A stretch of DNA of 44,525 bases, taken from an uncultured Candidatus Saccharibacteria bacterium (GTDB lineage Bacteria > Patescibacteriota > Minisyncoccia > Phycocordibacterales > JACOZG01). The stretch lies in the NCBI GenBank assembly GCA_964648765.1, contig CAZYLF010000001.1:434107-478631 (forward strand), written 5' to 3'. Below are positions 1 to 8,597 of this stretch, piece by piece. Each line of letters starts with the position of its first letter. The first letter of the stretch is position 1. The position numbers and the translations under genes were made by a program. The notes beneath the pieces are model-generated. The model did not search any database. It saw only the letters and a list, made by a program, of their open reading frames with translations, and was not told the origin of the DNA.

Positions 1-1
1 C

Positions 2-1123
2 ACGAGTTTCGCATTGCTTGTGGGGCCAGCCTTCGGTCAAATTGCTCCACCTTGTGGAACCGTTTTGGCCACTTACCGCAATGTTCCCGCATTGTCCAAC
101 GGCCAGTGCCATGCGGCGCAGGGCGGCAATTTTTGCGATTGTGTACCCGCTTCTGGTCCGTATGGTCGGCAATTCCAATGTGTAGAGTATGTGCGTCGCT
201 TCTATGCGCTAGCGATGGGGTTTGATACCTCAACTTGGGGTGGGCGGAATGCTGTTGATTTCTACGCGAGCGCCAACACGCTCGGCCTGGAAGCTTATGA
301 GAATGGGAGTACCGAAGTCAGCCCTGTTCCGAATGATATTGTTGTTTTCTCAACGCCCAAGCATGGGTTTGGGCACATAGCGGTAGTCACTGACTGCAGG
401 CGCACCAGTTCTGGACTCGTAGTCGACATCATTGAGCAGAACTGGTCAACAACCGGGACCGCGACCCTCGTGCTTTCAAAAATCAACGGCTTTTATAACG
501 TAAGTTCACGAGGGTCATATTCGGTTCTGGGGTGGTTGAGGCCGTTCTCGTTTGATGAGACGACTACACAGCCTAGTCCATGTGACGGCCAGGACATATG
601 GACGACAAGTGTCTATTGTTATTGCCCAGGCGGTGGCGGTCCTGGCGGTGGTCTTGATAATGATTTACTTCGGGTTGGCGGATGGGGCGACGAGTATTAT
701 TCACTTGTACAATTTGATCTTAGCAATTCGCCATGGCCCGCTGACGTCGCAGAACTTCATTTGTATTGCTTTCACCAGGAAAACCCAACGGAAATGTATC
801 TCGATCGGATTACAGAATCCTGGGACTGGCGGACGCAGGGCACGGGACCGGATCGACTTCGCCTGTGGTGGGAGGACCGACCTGCCGCGCTACAGTGGGA
901 GGCACTATCGTTGCCAGCTCCAGTCGTTGGTCAATGGTATGTTTTGGACATAACAGAACTCTACAATGCATGGAAAGTTGGAACCTATCCAAACTATGGC
1001 CTCCAACTGCGCCCCGTAAATTTTTCTTTCGAGCACTTTAATACCTTCTATAGCTCTGACTATCTAGCGGATCCGTCCCTCCGCCCCAAGCTGATAGTGA
1101 GGCAAATCATCGTACCTGAATAG
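2..1123 (+). CDS. Secreted CHAP-domain amidase/peptidase-like protein with C-terminal DNRLRE-type domain (5' end probably outside window)
   Basis: Track ORF 14..1123. The frame stays open back to base 2, and the first residues (..ALLVGPAFGQ) look like the end of a signal peptide. CHAP-like Cys motif 'FQCVEYVRRFY' and His motif 'GFGHIAVVTD'. 'LDNDLLRVGGWGDEYYSLVQFDLS' resembles the DNRLRE domain signature. Confidence 0.6.
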   Translation, partial: TSFALLVGPAFGQIAPPCGTVLATYRNVPALSNGQCHAAQGGNFCDCVPASGPYGRQFQCVEYVRRFYALAMGFDTSTWGGRNAVDFYASANTLGLEAYENGSTEVSPVPNDIVVFSTPKHGFGHIAVVTDCRRTSSGLVVDIIEQNWSTTGTATLVLSKINGFYNVSSRGSYSVLGWLRPFSFDETTTQPSPCDGQDIWTTSVYCYCPGGGGPGGGLDNDLLRVGGWGDEYYSLVQFDLSNSPWPADVAELHLYCFHQENPTEMYLDRITESWDWRTQGTGPDRLRLWWEDRPAALQWEALSLPAPVVGQWYVLDITELYNAWKVGTYPNYGLQLRPVNFSFEHFNTFYSSDYLADPSLRPKLIVRQIIVPE

Positions 1124-1477
1124 TACTGGGATATTTTTCATTTCGGAGGATCATGTTTCAATCGAAGATGAAGGTTGAAATGAGATTGGTCGCGATATTG
1201 AACCATCCCAGACGCACCGATTATAGTGCAGTCCAGGAGAATACTGTGCCATCTGTGAACGGTCCTCCGGCAGCATTTGGACGGCCAGCTTGAATCGGTC
1301 CGTCTGGCCACACGGTCCGCGCAATACTTCAACTAGGATTGGCTTTTCATCGCGAAGTCTAATGATTTTGGGGCCGCTTCCCACCCTGAAAATTGGGCAT
1401 TTTGTCACAGAACCACAGATTGGCACTAGTGTAGGCGATTGGAACAAGCCGGGAAATACCATTTTGGAGCATTGACC

Positions 1478-2545
1478 ATGACGTTCACCGATGAACAACT
1501 GGCCGAACTGAATGCCATGTCGAAAGAAGTGGCTCGGTTAGAAGCGAAAGAGTTCTTTGATTACGAGTCAAGGCGACGGTCGATATTCGTTGCGATTTTC
1601 GCGGGTGCCAACATCGCAGTCGTGATAGGAGTTCTGATCACTTTTTACCTTGCGGGCATGAACGGAGTATTCGTCGGGTCACGCGAGCTCATTCGGCAGG
1701 TGGCAGAATCGGACATTGTAAGGGAGACAACAAAAGGAATTGCGGAAGCAACAAGAGAATCGTTTGTTGCTCTCGCTGAAATCAAACAGAAAATAAGGAG
1801 CGCCAATGAGGAAATGGCAGTAAACTCTGCAGCAGTTACTGCGCGCATTGATTCAACTGCTTCTGAGTTTCAGAATCGGTTCGATAAGATTCGTGGTACT
1901 CTTGTGGAAATTGAAACGAAGGCGGGTGACCCGGAACTCCTTAATCAGTTTAGGGTGGTCAGTGACTTGCTGTCTCGGCTCAAGAGTGACCAGCCCGATG
2001 ACCCGGCAAAGAAAATATTAGCGGCGATTAAATTGGCATCTAACATCGAAGATTTGATCCCACTTGCGACAATTGTGGCTTGGCACAGAAATGTTGATGT
2101 AGATAATCCAAAGCAAGTTACGCTGCAAAATGAGAATTGGGTATGGCTTGAATGTAGTGGCCAGACTATTCGTCGTCGCGATTATCCCGAGTTTTTTAGC
2201 AAGTTCGTTCGCGACGGCATAGATGAAACGCGACTGGACAATTTGAATGGAGACGGCAGATTCTTGCGCGGGTCCTCGAGGTCGGGATTATTGCAGCCTT
2301 TCAGTACTGCAATGCCGCTCGCGCCGTTCATTGTTACACCAGATGGCGAACACGATCATCTAATTGACAGAAGCGGACCGACTGGCAGACTGATCGGAAC
2401 CGCGGAGGGTGGCGGTGATGGAGGAGGAGACCAAAGCGACATCAAGACCCGGGCCGCAGGAAGGCATTCACACTCTATTATTGGAGGTGATTCCGAAACT
2501 CGCCCTGTGAACATGTCTGTAGTTTGGATCATTCGCGTTAAGTAG
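1478..2545 (+). CDS. Membrane-anchored coiled-coil protein with C-terminal phage tail-collar-like (MdpB-like) domain
   Basis: Track ORF 1439..2545; likely ATG at 1478 (MTFTDEQL). Hydrophobic segment 'IFVAIFAGANIAVVIGVLITFYLAG', then a long helical region. 'WLECSGQTIRRRDYPEFF..GDGRFLRG' and the terminal 'HSHS..ETRPVNMSVVWIIRVK' fit the tail-collar domain pattern. Confidence 0.55.
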   Translation: MTFTDEQLAELNAMSKEVARLEAKEFFDYESRRRSIFVAIFAGANIAVVIGVLITFYLAGMNGVFVGSRELIRQVAESDIVRETTKGIAEATRESFVALAEIKQKIRSANEEMAVNSAAVTARIDSTASEFQNRFDKIRGTLVEIETKAGDPELLNQFRVVSDLLSRLKSDQPDDPAKKILAAIKLASNIEDLIPLATIVAWHRNVDVDNPKQVTLQNENWVWLECSGQTIRRRDYPEFFSKFVRDGIDETRLDNLNGDGRFLRGSSRSGLLQPFSTAMPLAPFIVTPDGEHDHLIDRSGPTGRLIGTAEGGGDGGGDQSDIKTRAAGRHSHSIIGGDSETRPVNMSVVWIIRVK

Positions 2546-2630
2546 AATGTCAGCAGCAGATAAGAAGGCTTGGGGATCCTGGTAGCGACACAATCGACTT
2601 TGAGTCGCAAGACTGTGCGTTTCTCCGGGT

Positions 2631-2688
2631 ACGCCAAAGACGCCAGTCTTGACATCTGACCCTTATCGAGCCAGACCTCGAACTTTTG
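2631..2688. repeat. Direct repeat copy 1 (58 nt), upstream of the TIR-like cassette
   Basis: acgccaaagacgccagtcttgacatctgacccttatcgagccagacctcgaacttttg aligns with 4755-4810. By eye there are 5 mismatches and 2 one-nt indels over 58 columns. Identical blocks: tctgacccttatcgagc (17 nt) and agacctcgaacttt (14 nt). Contains a small hairpin TCGAG-N6-CTCGA. Confidence 0.8.
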
Positions 2689-3122
2689 AGTCATTAGCGC
2701 ATGATATCACACGCTGGTTAAGCGCCACCAGTCATGAGTGGCGTCAGCCCTTCGATCACCTCCTCAAGAAGATTCGTCCACCGCAGCCTGCACCTGTTTT
2801 GAAAATGCGGGGGTGGTACCAGACGAAGGCGGAAGAGTCGCGGGAAGATGGTGATCGAGAGGACTCGATGGCAGCGTAGCGCTGCGCGAATGGCGACCAA
2901 GACGCGGATTCTTGGCGGCAGCGTCAAGAATCTAACGTTCACGCTATGGACTCTCAGCCAATCAAATATTTTGAAGCCATTCGGCCGGTAGAGCCACTCT
3001 GGTTGAGCCCTCGGCAAGCCCTCGGCCCACCGTCTCAAACCCAACTTGACGATGAGCACGGGTTTTGGGAAAATTGAGGGAATGAAATTTGGAAAAGCTA
3101 GTTTGAGGCTCTGGAACGAGAA

Positions 3123-3602
3123 ATGACTTCGACTGCAAAATGGGATATTCCACCGAAGGCGAAGGTCTACGAAGCCCTCAGCGCAGTTGCTGATGGTCGT
3201 GTCACACTGGGTCAAGAATGCAAAGCAAAAGTCGTATCCTCATCTTTGGACAAGTCTTATGATGTGTCATGGTCTGATGATAAACGCGCTTTCTTTTCCA
3301 ACGACAATGCATCTTTCTGGCAAGGCTATCTCGGGTACCCAATAATTGCGGTACTCTTAAGTCTAAAGGTCATACCGTTCGATGAATCAATCGCAAAGGC
3401 TTTGGCCGGGATACCATGGAAGAAGCTGAATACGAAATTCAAGCGAGATTACGAAAAAGCAGTTGACCATGTCTTATCCAATCTCCAAACAGCCTCAGTA
3501 GCTCGCGAGGACATTGAGCAAGAGGTACAGCGAATCCATGAGGCCATTAAATGTTTAGAGCTAGAAAAATTTGGTGCAGGCAAGAAACGGCCGCCGATCT
3601 AA
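3123..3602 (+). CDS. Hypothetical protein (159 aa) with one hydrophobic segment; first gene of the TIR-like cassette
   Basis: Track ORF. Ends 25 nt before the next co-directional gene. Hydrophobic stretch 'GYLGYPIIAVLLSLKVIPF'. No family recognised. Confidence 0.55.
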   Translation: MTSTAKWDIPPKAKVYEALSAVADGRVTLGQECKAKVVSSSLDKSYDVSWSDDKRAFFSNDNASFWQGYLGYPIIAVLLSLKVIPFDESIAKALAGIPWKKLNTKFKRDYEKAVDHVLSNLQTASVAREDIEQEVQRIHEAIKCLELEKFGAGKKRPPI

Positions 3603-3627
3603 GCGAAAACCTGAAATTTAACTGAGG

Positions 3628-4647
3628 TTGAAACTGGTGCGTCCTAGAATTTTCTTGGCCTCTGCCACTCCCGACTTAGAAATTGCCGAGACTATTCAGG
3701 AAAATCTCGAAAGAGATTTTACCACTACGGTATGGAACCAGGGCGTTTTTACACCGTCGACCTATCCTCTTGAGTCATTAGAAAATGCATTAGCTCAAAA
3801 CGCTTTCGGTGTTTTCATCATGGCCCCGCATGATGTTATCAATTCGGGAAAGCGCAAGAAGGTGGTTGTACGCGATAACGTCTTGTTTGAACTCGGTATG
3901 TTTTTTGGACGGCATGGTCGCCACCGTTCATTTCTCATTTCCCCAAATACGTTTAAGAAAACAGACCTAGCGAGCGATTTACATGGGCTGACGCTCTGTC
4001 TTTATGATGCTGATCGTTTTGCAAAGGAGCCAGTCCCTGCAGTGTCTGTGGCATGTACACAGGTGCGGCGCGCCATCCGCAAGATGGAGAGTAGTCTAGC
4101 AGCCGATCCGGGCGCGTTACGTAATGACGTATTTCCACAGTTTAATGATACATTTGCGGAGTTGTTGAAGAGTGCACAATCATTGACGACATGTTTTATC
4201 CATTCCAGAAGATGGCGAGAAAACCATAACGACGCGATTAAGTCATTTCTATCACGTTCCGGCACATCGCTAACCGCCTTTCTACCGAACTTAACTGACA
4301 GAGAACTCATGCGACAATTTGTTCGTCATTTCGAGGACGGACCATTTATCGCAGGCTTTGTTAAGGACGCATATGTGTATTTTGCGAAGCTGAGTGCCGC
4401 CTATCCGGGCCAATTACAATTGCGATCCTATCGGCTGTATCCCACCTATTCATTTTACAAGTTTGACGATAAAGCCGTCATCGCCCATTATCCACTAAGT
4501 ACCATTAAGAAAGACGTACCCACTACGTTGATATCTATGTCTGGAACATTTGGAAGTTTTTTGGCGGCAGATCTGACTTGGCTAGAGAAACATGCTCATA
4601 AGCTGTCAAAAAAAGAAATTCAGGATCTAGTACCTAAACGTAAATGA
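3628..4647 (+). CDS. TIR-like nucleotide-binding domain protein (CAP12/Pycsar-effector type N-terminal domain) with unassigned ~170-aa C-terminal domain
   Basis: N-terminal ~130 aa 'RIFLASATPDL..FGVFIMAPHDV....VVVRDNVLFELGMFFGRHGRHRSFLISP' matches the hallmark 'fAivlltpDD...RdNVlfElG.f.G.lGr.rv' of the Pfam TIR-like/CAP12-PCTIR family. TTG start at 3628 after 'tgagg'; alternative GTG at 3637. Confidence 0.65.
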   Translation: MKLVRPRIFLASATPDLEIAETIQENLERDFTTTVWNQGVFTPSTYPLESLENALAQNAFGVFIMAPHDVINSGKRKKVVVRDNVLFELGMFFGRHGRHRSFLISPNTFKKTDLASDLHGLTLCLYDADRFAKEPVPAVSVACTQVRRAIRKMESSLAADPGALRNDVFPQFNDTFAELLKSAQSLTTCFIHSRRWRENHNDAIKSFLSRSGTSLTAFLPNLTDRELMRQFVRHFEDGPFIAGFVKDAYVYFAKLSAAYPGQLQLRSYRLYPTYSFYKFDDKAVIAHYPLSTIKKDVPTTLISMSGTFGSFLAADLTWLEKHAHKLSKKEIQDLVPKRK

Positions 4648-4754
4648 TGAAAGCTGGGTATCCCGTGAGCCTTCTTTATGCTCAAAGTTTTGACAACTTT
4701 ATCAAGTGCGACCATGTTTACGTTGATTTTACAAGGCTGTGATATTCTCCAAGC

Positions 4755-4810
4755 ACGCCAAAAACACCCATCTTGACTCTGACCCTTATCGAGCTAGACC
4801 TCGAACTTTG
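4755..4810. repeat. Direct repeat copy 2 (56 nt), downstream of the TIR-like cassette and abutting the IS66 end
   Basis: acgccaaaaacacccatcttgactctgacccttatcgagctagacctcgaactttg. Similarity to copy 1 stops exactly where the IS66 terminus (gtaaccgtcc..) begins at 4811. Confidence 0.8.
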
Positions 4811-4882
4811 TAACCGTCCGGCAAACCGCATGCCGGTTTTGGTGTGGTGACGTGGCGGGGACATGAAGGAATTGGCGGAAGG

Positions 4883-6472
4883 TCAGTTGGCTTTGAACCA
4901 GCGGTTGGGCAGGAGTGGTTCGAGTTCGTTGACCGGAGTGGCGGGGATTCGGGTCAGCACATAGCGCAGGTAAGCGAACGGATCAACCTTGTGTCGTTGG
5001 CAGGTGGCGATGAGACTGAAGAGCACGGCGGCCGTCACTCCGCCATTGTCGCTGCCGCAGAAGAGCCAGTTCTTGCGCCCCAGGGCCACGCGGCGCAGCG
5101 CGTTTTCGGCCGCGTTGTTGTCGATGTTCAAATCGCCGTCGGTGGTGTACACGTTCAACGCGTCCCACTGATTCAGCGCATAGGTAAACGCCTGGCCCAT
5201 CGGGCATTTGGGCAGCACCGGCCCACCGCGTGCCGCCTGCTGTGACTCCAGCCAGTCCTTGAACTGACGTAAACGCGGCACGGACTTTTCCTGGCGCGGA
5301 CGCTGACGGCCCGGTGCGGCAAGTTCCTTCGCTTCGATTTCCACGTCATAGAGCAGCCGGATGTAGGCCAGCGCCTGCGTGCTCACCGCAGCGTCCGCAT
5401 TCCGCGCATCGTAAAACTTGCGGCGAGCGTGCGCCCAGCACGCGACCTCGGTCACCTGCCCGCCCGCCGCACCCGCATAGATGCCGTCGTATCCGCCGAA
5501 CGCGTCGGCCTGCAAAAAGCCGCTCCAACCCGCAAGGAATTTTTGCGGACCGTCGCGATTACGCGCCGGGGTGTAGGTGAACACCGTGCAGGGATGGGAC
5601 CGGTCGCCCACATAGACCCAGAACCGGCCGGTGCGCGTGCGATCGAGCTTGCGATCCAGCACGTTCACCGGCGTGTCGTCGGTGTGGATAACCCGGGACT
5701 GCAGAACGTCCGTCACCATCCGGTCATACAGCGGCCGCAGCAGCGCCGCGCACTGCGCCGCCCAGTCGCACATCATTGATCGCGCAATCTGAATGCCGTG
5801 CCGGGTCAGGATGTGTTCGAGGCGATACAAGGGCAGGTGGTCTGAATATTTACTCACGATCACATACGCCAGCAGACCCGGTGCGGCCAGGCCCTTCGCG
5901 ATGGGTGCCGGGGGCCTGGTGGCGGTCACGATTTGCGGTCCGCCTTCCGCAGCCTGCGCTGCGCAGTCGCGGCAGGCGTATTTGAGCCGGATGTGTTCCA
6001 CCACCGTCAGCTTGGCCGGCACGTAATCGAGTAGTTCGCTGATCTCCTGTCCGATGACGTGCCGCGCCTTGCCGCAGCAGGGACAGGGCTTTTGCTCTTC
6101 CGGCAGGTCATGATAGAACTTCTCCCGCGGCAGGTCCGACGGCAGGCGTCTGCGTCCGTGACCGTTGGTGGAAGGTACTGCGGGCGCTGCGGCTGGTGCA
6201 GGCGCAGGCGTCGGCTCCGACGATGACGTTGGCGGGGCCAGTTGATTCAGGATCGCTTCGAACAGCAGCATATGCTGAGGATCGATCTTCTCCGCGGAGC
6301 GGCCGAACATCCGCCGCAGCAACTGCTGCAGTTGCTGCTGCAGGCTGTCGATCTCGCGATTCTTGATATGCAGTTGCTCAAGGAACTGCTGACGCTCGGC
6401 ACGCAGGAGCTCGACTTCCTGTCGAAGCTGTGCCAGTTCCGTGTCAGGCATGATCGGACCGTCCGTGGTCAT
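4883..6472 (-). CDS. tnpC: IS66-family transposase TnpC
   Basis: 529 aa. N-terminal leucine-zipper-like 'LRAERQQFLEQLHIKNREIDSLQQQLQQLLRRMFGRSAEK', zinc-finger 'CPCCG', and 'HTDDTPV'/'WAHARRKF'/'NAAENALR' motifs typical of IS66 TnpC. Confidence 0.9.
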   Translation of the reverse strand: MTTDGPIMPDTELAQLRQEVELLRAERQQFLEQLHIKNREIDSLQQQLQQLLRRMFGRSAEKIDPQHMLLFEAILNQLAPPTSSSEPTPAPAPAAAPAVPSTNGHGRRRLPSDLPREKFYHDLPEEQKPCPCCGKARHVIGQEISELLDYVPAKLTVVEHIRLKYACRDCAAQAAEGGPQIVTATRPPAPIAKGLAAPGLLAYVIVSKYSDHLPLYRLEHILTRHGIQIARSMMCDWAAQCAALLRPLYDRMVTDVLQSRVIHTDDTPVNVLDRKLDRTRTGRFWVYVGDRSHPCTVFTYTPARNRDGPQKFLAGWSGFLQADAFGGYDGIYAGAAGGQVTEVACWAHARRKFYDARNADAAVSTQALAYIRLLYDVEIEAKELAAPGRQRPRQEKSVPRLRQFKDWLESQQAARGGPVLPKCPMGQAFTYALNQWDALNVYTTDGDLNIDNNAAENALRRVALGRKNWLFCGSDNGGVTAAVLFSLIATCQRHKVDPFAYLRYVLTRIPATPVNELEPLLPNRWFKAN

Positions 6473-6532
6473 GCCTCCTGATACGCGCCAGGCGCGCGAA
6501 GGTTTGAAAAAACCTGGAATTTTTTGATATTT

Positions 6533-6910
6533 TTACGCCGTGAGCGTGAAGCGTTTGCGGCGCTTGATGCTGGTCAGATCGATGCCCGCCAGCAGCATGG
6601 CCAGCTCGCTGGCTTAAAGCTCAACGCTCGCGCCCGCCGACTTGGGCGTGGGCAGACGGAACGTGCCTTCTTCGAGCCGCTTGTACCAGATGGCGTACCC
6701 GTCGGTGTCCCAGTAGAGAATCTTGAGGCGATCCTTCCCGCGGCCAGTGAACAGGAACAAGTGTTTGGAGAGCGGATCAAACCCCAGCGACTCGCGGACC
6801 AGCGCCGCCAGAGAATCAAAGCCCTTGCGCATGTCGGTCGGAGTCGTGCACAGGTAAATACGCACGCCCGCGCCCGCGTCGAGTTCGCCCAAACTTGGCA
6901 GCTTCAACAT
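6533..6910 (-). pseudogene. tnpB: IS66 tnpB interrupted by an in-frame TAA (codon 99 of 125)
   Basis: Track ORF 6614..6910 reads '..VRIYLCTTPTDMRKGFDSLAALV..ILYWDTDGYAIWYKRLEEGTFRLP', typical of IS66 Orf2. After the TAA at 6614-6616 the same frame continues 'ASELAMLLAGIDLTSIKRRKRFTLTA*' (stop 6533-6535). That is the expected conserved TnpB C-terminus. Confidence 0.75.
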
Positions 6911-6951
6911 GCGGGCGCCTCCGCATGGCGGAAGTTCGTCGCACGCAGTAC

Positions 6952-7198
6952 GCCGAGCACGTCGGACAATGCCTGCCGATCCACCGGACCCACGCCAGTG
7001 GTGATGGTCCGCGCAGGAAGGCGGCCGTTGCCGACCACTTGCCGATGACCCTTCTCGTCCACGATGTGCTGGTGCGACTCCAGCCAGTCCGCCACTTCCG
7101 CTTCGATAGCCTAGCCCAGAGTCGCTGGGCGCCGCTTCGCAATACTTCGGTCAGCACGTCACCGGAATTCGCGCTCGGCATCGCCAGCGCAGTTGCCA
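6952..7198 (-). pseudogene. IS256 (Mutator)-family transposase N-terminal remnant with frameshift and stop
   Basis: 'MATALAMPSANSGDVLTEVLRSGAQRL' then, in a shifted frame, '*AIEAEVADWLESHQHIVDEKGHRQVVGNGRLPARTITTGVGPV'. Together these match the conserved N-terminus 'LTEVLReGArrLLaqAvEAEV..fL......e.G...vvrNG.lPeR.i.TG.GpV' of IS256-like transposases. Cut off at the IS66 boundary. Confidence 0.55.
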
Positions 7199-7562
7199 TA
7201 CTCTCTTCCATTCGGCGTACTCCTCTGCCCGTGTGGGGGGACGGTTTCGTTGCCTGAAAACGCACACCGAAAGTATGCGGCCTTCTTCAAAACGCTATCC
7301 ACAACTTTGGGTTATAACTCTGGAAGGAGAGGATGCCCGGCTCGAGGATTGACTCAGGCGCGCTGGAATAGAGCGCCTGAGTTACTTCTCAAGTGCGGCA
7401 TGTGGATAACGGGCGGCTGGGCCTTGCAGTCAAGAAACCAGTGACTGCATTGCGACGTCATGGCCCGCATCGTATAGACCCCAGCCAGCTTTCCAAGTAC
7501 TAGTTCCCTGCTTCAAACGGCAAGGGGCTTACGCCTCCGAGTGGTACTCACTAGCATAGTAT

Positions 7563-8279
7563 TTAGCCATCGAGATACTTCGCGAGACGAATGTTGGAAA
7601 TCCAGCCGAGCGCTCTTTCGTTAGGAGCACCATTGGGTGTAATAATAGCATCTTGAACACCTCTCGAACCTTCTAGGTTCATTTTTATTGAGCTTATGGG
7701 CGTGCTAGGTCCCGCAACGACAAAACCCGAGCCAAGTCCATATTCGATCCCGCCCGCTTTTTGCTGTGCGATAAAATCGGCAAAACTCATATCGATGTTG
7801 CCACCGCTGGACAAGAACTTATTAATGCTGCTTTCGTGGACTAGGTAAAGGACGACACCATCACGGTCAAGTAGTGGCAGTCGCGTGATCGATGCCGAAA
7901 ACCTTGCACAAAGTGTTGCTAGCGTCAGCGACGCAACACTAGCTGGATCAAGTGTAATATGGACAACTTCGGCCATCCGTCGCATTATGCGACCAGCGCT
8001 TACAGCTCCTCGCTGCTCCACTGAGAGGCGCTCCGCCATTTCTTGAATGCCACGATTCGCTGCCTCAAAGTTACGTCTTCCAAAATAGTGTGCCAATACA
8101 GTGCCGACCCAAGAGGTAACCACCGGGAGCGTTGCGTTAAATATTGGCATTGCATGGGATTTGTCACTTGCGACGGCATAGATCCCGAGTATAAGCATTA
8201 CTAAGAATGAAAAAAGCAGGATCTGGCCAGCAAGTTGGTCCTTTGAGCGAGAGCGATAGGGATTGCGCGAGCAAAACAT
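7563..8279 (-). CDS. Membrane protein with two N-terminal TM helices and a CBS-pair domain
   Basis: 238 aa. TM-like 'ILLFSFLVMLILGIYAV' and 'LPVVTSWVGTVLAHYF'. CBS-like 'RIMRRMAEVVHITLDP..ITRLPLLDRDGVVLYLVHESSINKFL' plus a second weaker copy. Confidence 0.6.
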   Translation of the reverse strand: MFCSRNPYRSRSKDQLAGQILLFSFLVMLILGIYAVASDKSHAMPIFNATLPVVTSWVGTVLAHYFGRRNFEAANRGIQEMAERLSVEQRGAVSAGRIMRRMAEVVHITLDPASVASLTLATLCARFSASITRLPLLDRDGVVLYLVHESSINKFLSSGGNIDMSFADFIAQQKAGGIEYGLGSGFVVAGPSTPISSIKMNLEGSRGVQDAIITPNGAPNERALGWISNIRLAKYLDG

Positions 8280-8288
8280 GGAAATTAG

Positions 8289-8597
8289 TCAATTAGTATT
8301 GAAGAGGAGCAATCTATCATTTTTATCGTTTTGCGCACTTTGTGCCGCTTGGCTGAACGCAATTCTTCCGCATTCGTTGTACGACACACTGCTATGCATG
8401 TCTCCATAAAAACACAATATGGTTAAATGTCTTAATGCCGTTTCGTACGGGATCGTGACAAAAAAGCCATTCGCAACAGCGAAATGCGGCAGACGCCATT
8501 TAGCCGGATCGTGCCACATGAACTCCGCATCGTCCACGTCCGTTTGTAACAACCTGAGACGGCCAACCGGCAGATCGTCTTCGATGTACTTTGGCAA
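8289..8597 (-). CDS. Hypothetical protein (102 aa), 9 nt upstream of the CBS-pair membrane protein
   Basis: Track ORF, co-directional and tightly spaced with 7563..8279. No family recognised. Confidence 0.45.
   Translation of the reverse strand: MPKYIEDDLPVGRLRLLQTDVDDAEFMWHDPAKWRLPHFAVANGFFVTIPYETALRHLTILCFYGDMHSSVSYNECGRIAFSQAAQSAQNDKNDRLLLFNTN

Larger units (their letters stand above)
4811..6951 (-). mobile_element. IS66-family insertion sequence (tnpB-tnpC, no recognisable tnpA); boundaries approximate
   Basis: Contains IS66 TnpC and TnpB homologs. The right terminus starts 'GTAACCGTCCGGCAAACCGCATGCCGG' at 4811. An imperfect inverted match 'GTACTGCGTGCGACGAACTTCCGCCATGCGG' is read inward from 6951. 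Family ends typically start GTAA. No 8-bp target duplication seen (gaactttg vs gccgagca). Confidence 0.6.

Noticed and set aside
2356-3215. Minus-strand ORFs 2356..2694 and 2718..3215, and plus-strand ORF 2649..2879
   Set aside because: The first is antisense to the tail-collar gene's 3' end and crosses the repeat. The others overlap the cassette leader and the start of 3123..3602, with low-complexity translations.
2567-4810. Idea that the direct repeats are integron attC sites and the TIR-like pair an integron cassette
   Set aside because: No intI-type integrase in the window. I could not find the R''/R' core sites (RYYYAAC / GTTRRRY) at the repeat ends, although a lone GTTAAGC occurs ~25 nt past copy 1. 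The repeats lack the long imperfect palindrome expected of attC. Left as an unexplained repeat.
4844-7048. Many plus-strand ORFs (4844..5245, 5314..5580, 5429..5779, 5776..6026, 6242..6481, 6524..7048) and short minus-strand ORFs inside the IS66 element
   Set aside because: They are shadow ORFs of the GC-rich tnpC/tnpB coding strand. Their translations are Arg/Pro/Ala-rich with no recognisable motifs, and they fully overlap well-supported genes.
7241-7250. 10-nt match (GAAACCGTCC, reverse strand) to the IS66 terminus GTAACCGTCC, which would make the IS 4811-7250
   Set aside because: The interval 6952-7198 clearly encodes an IS256-type N-terminus rather than an IS66 tnpA. The match is only ~10 nt and the flanks give no target duplication. 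Kept as an alternative boundary only.
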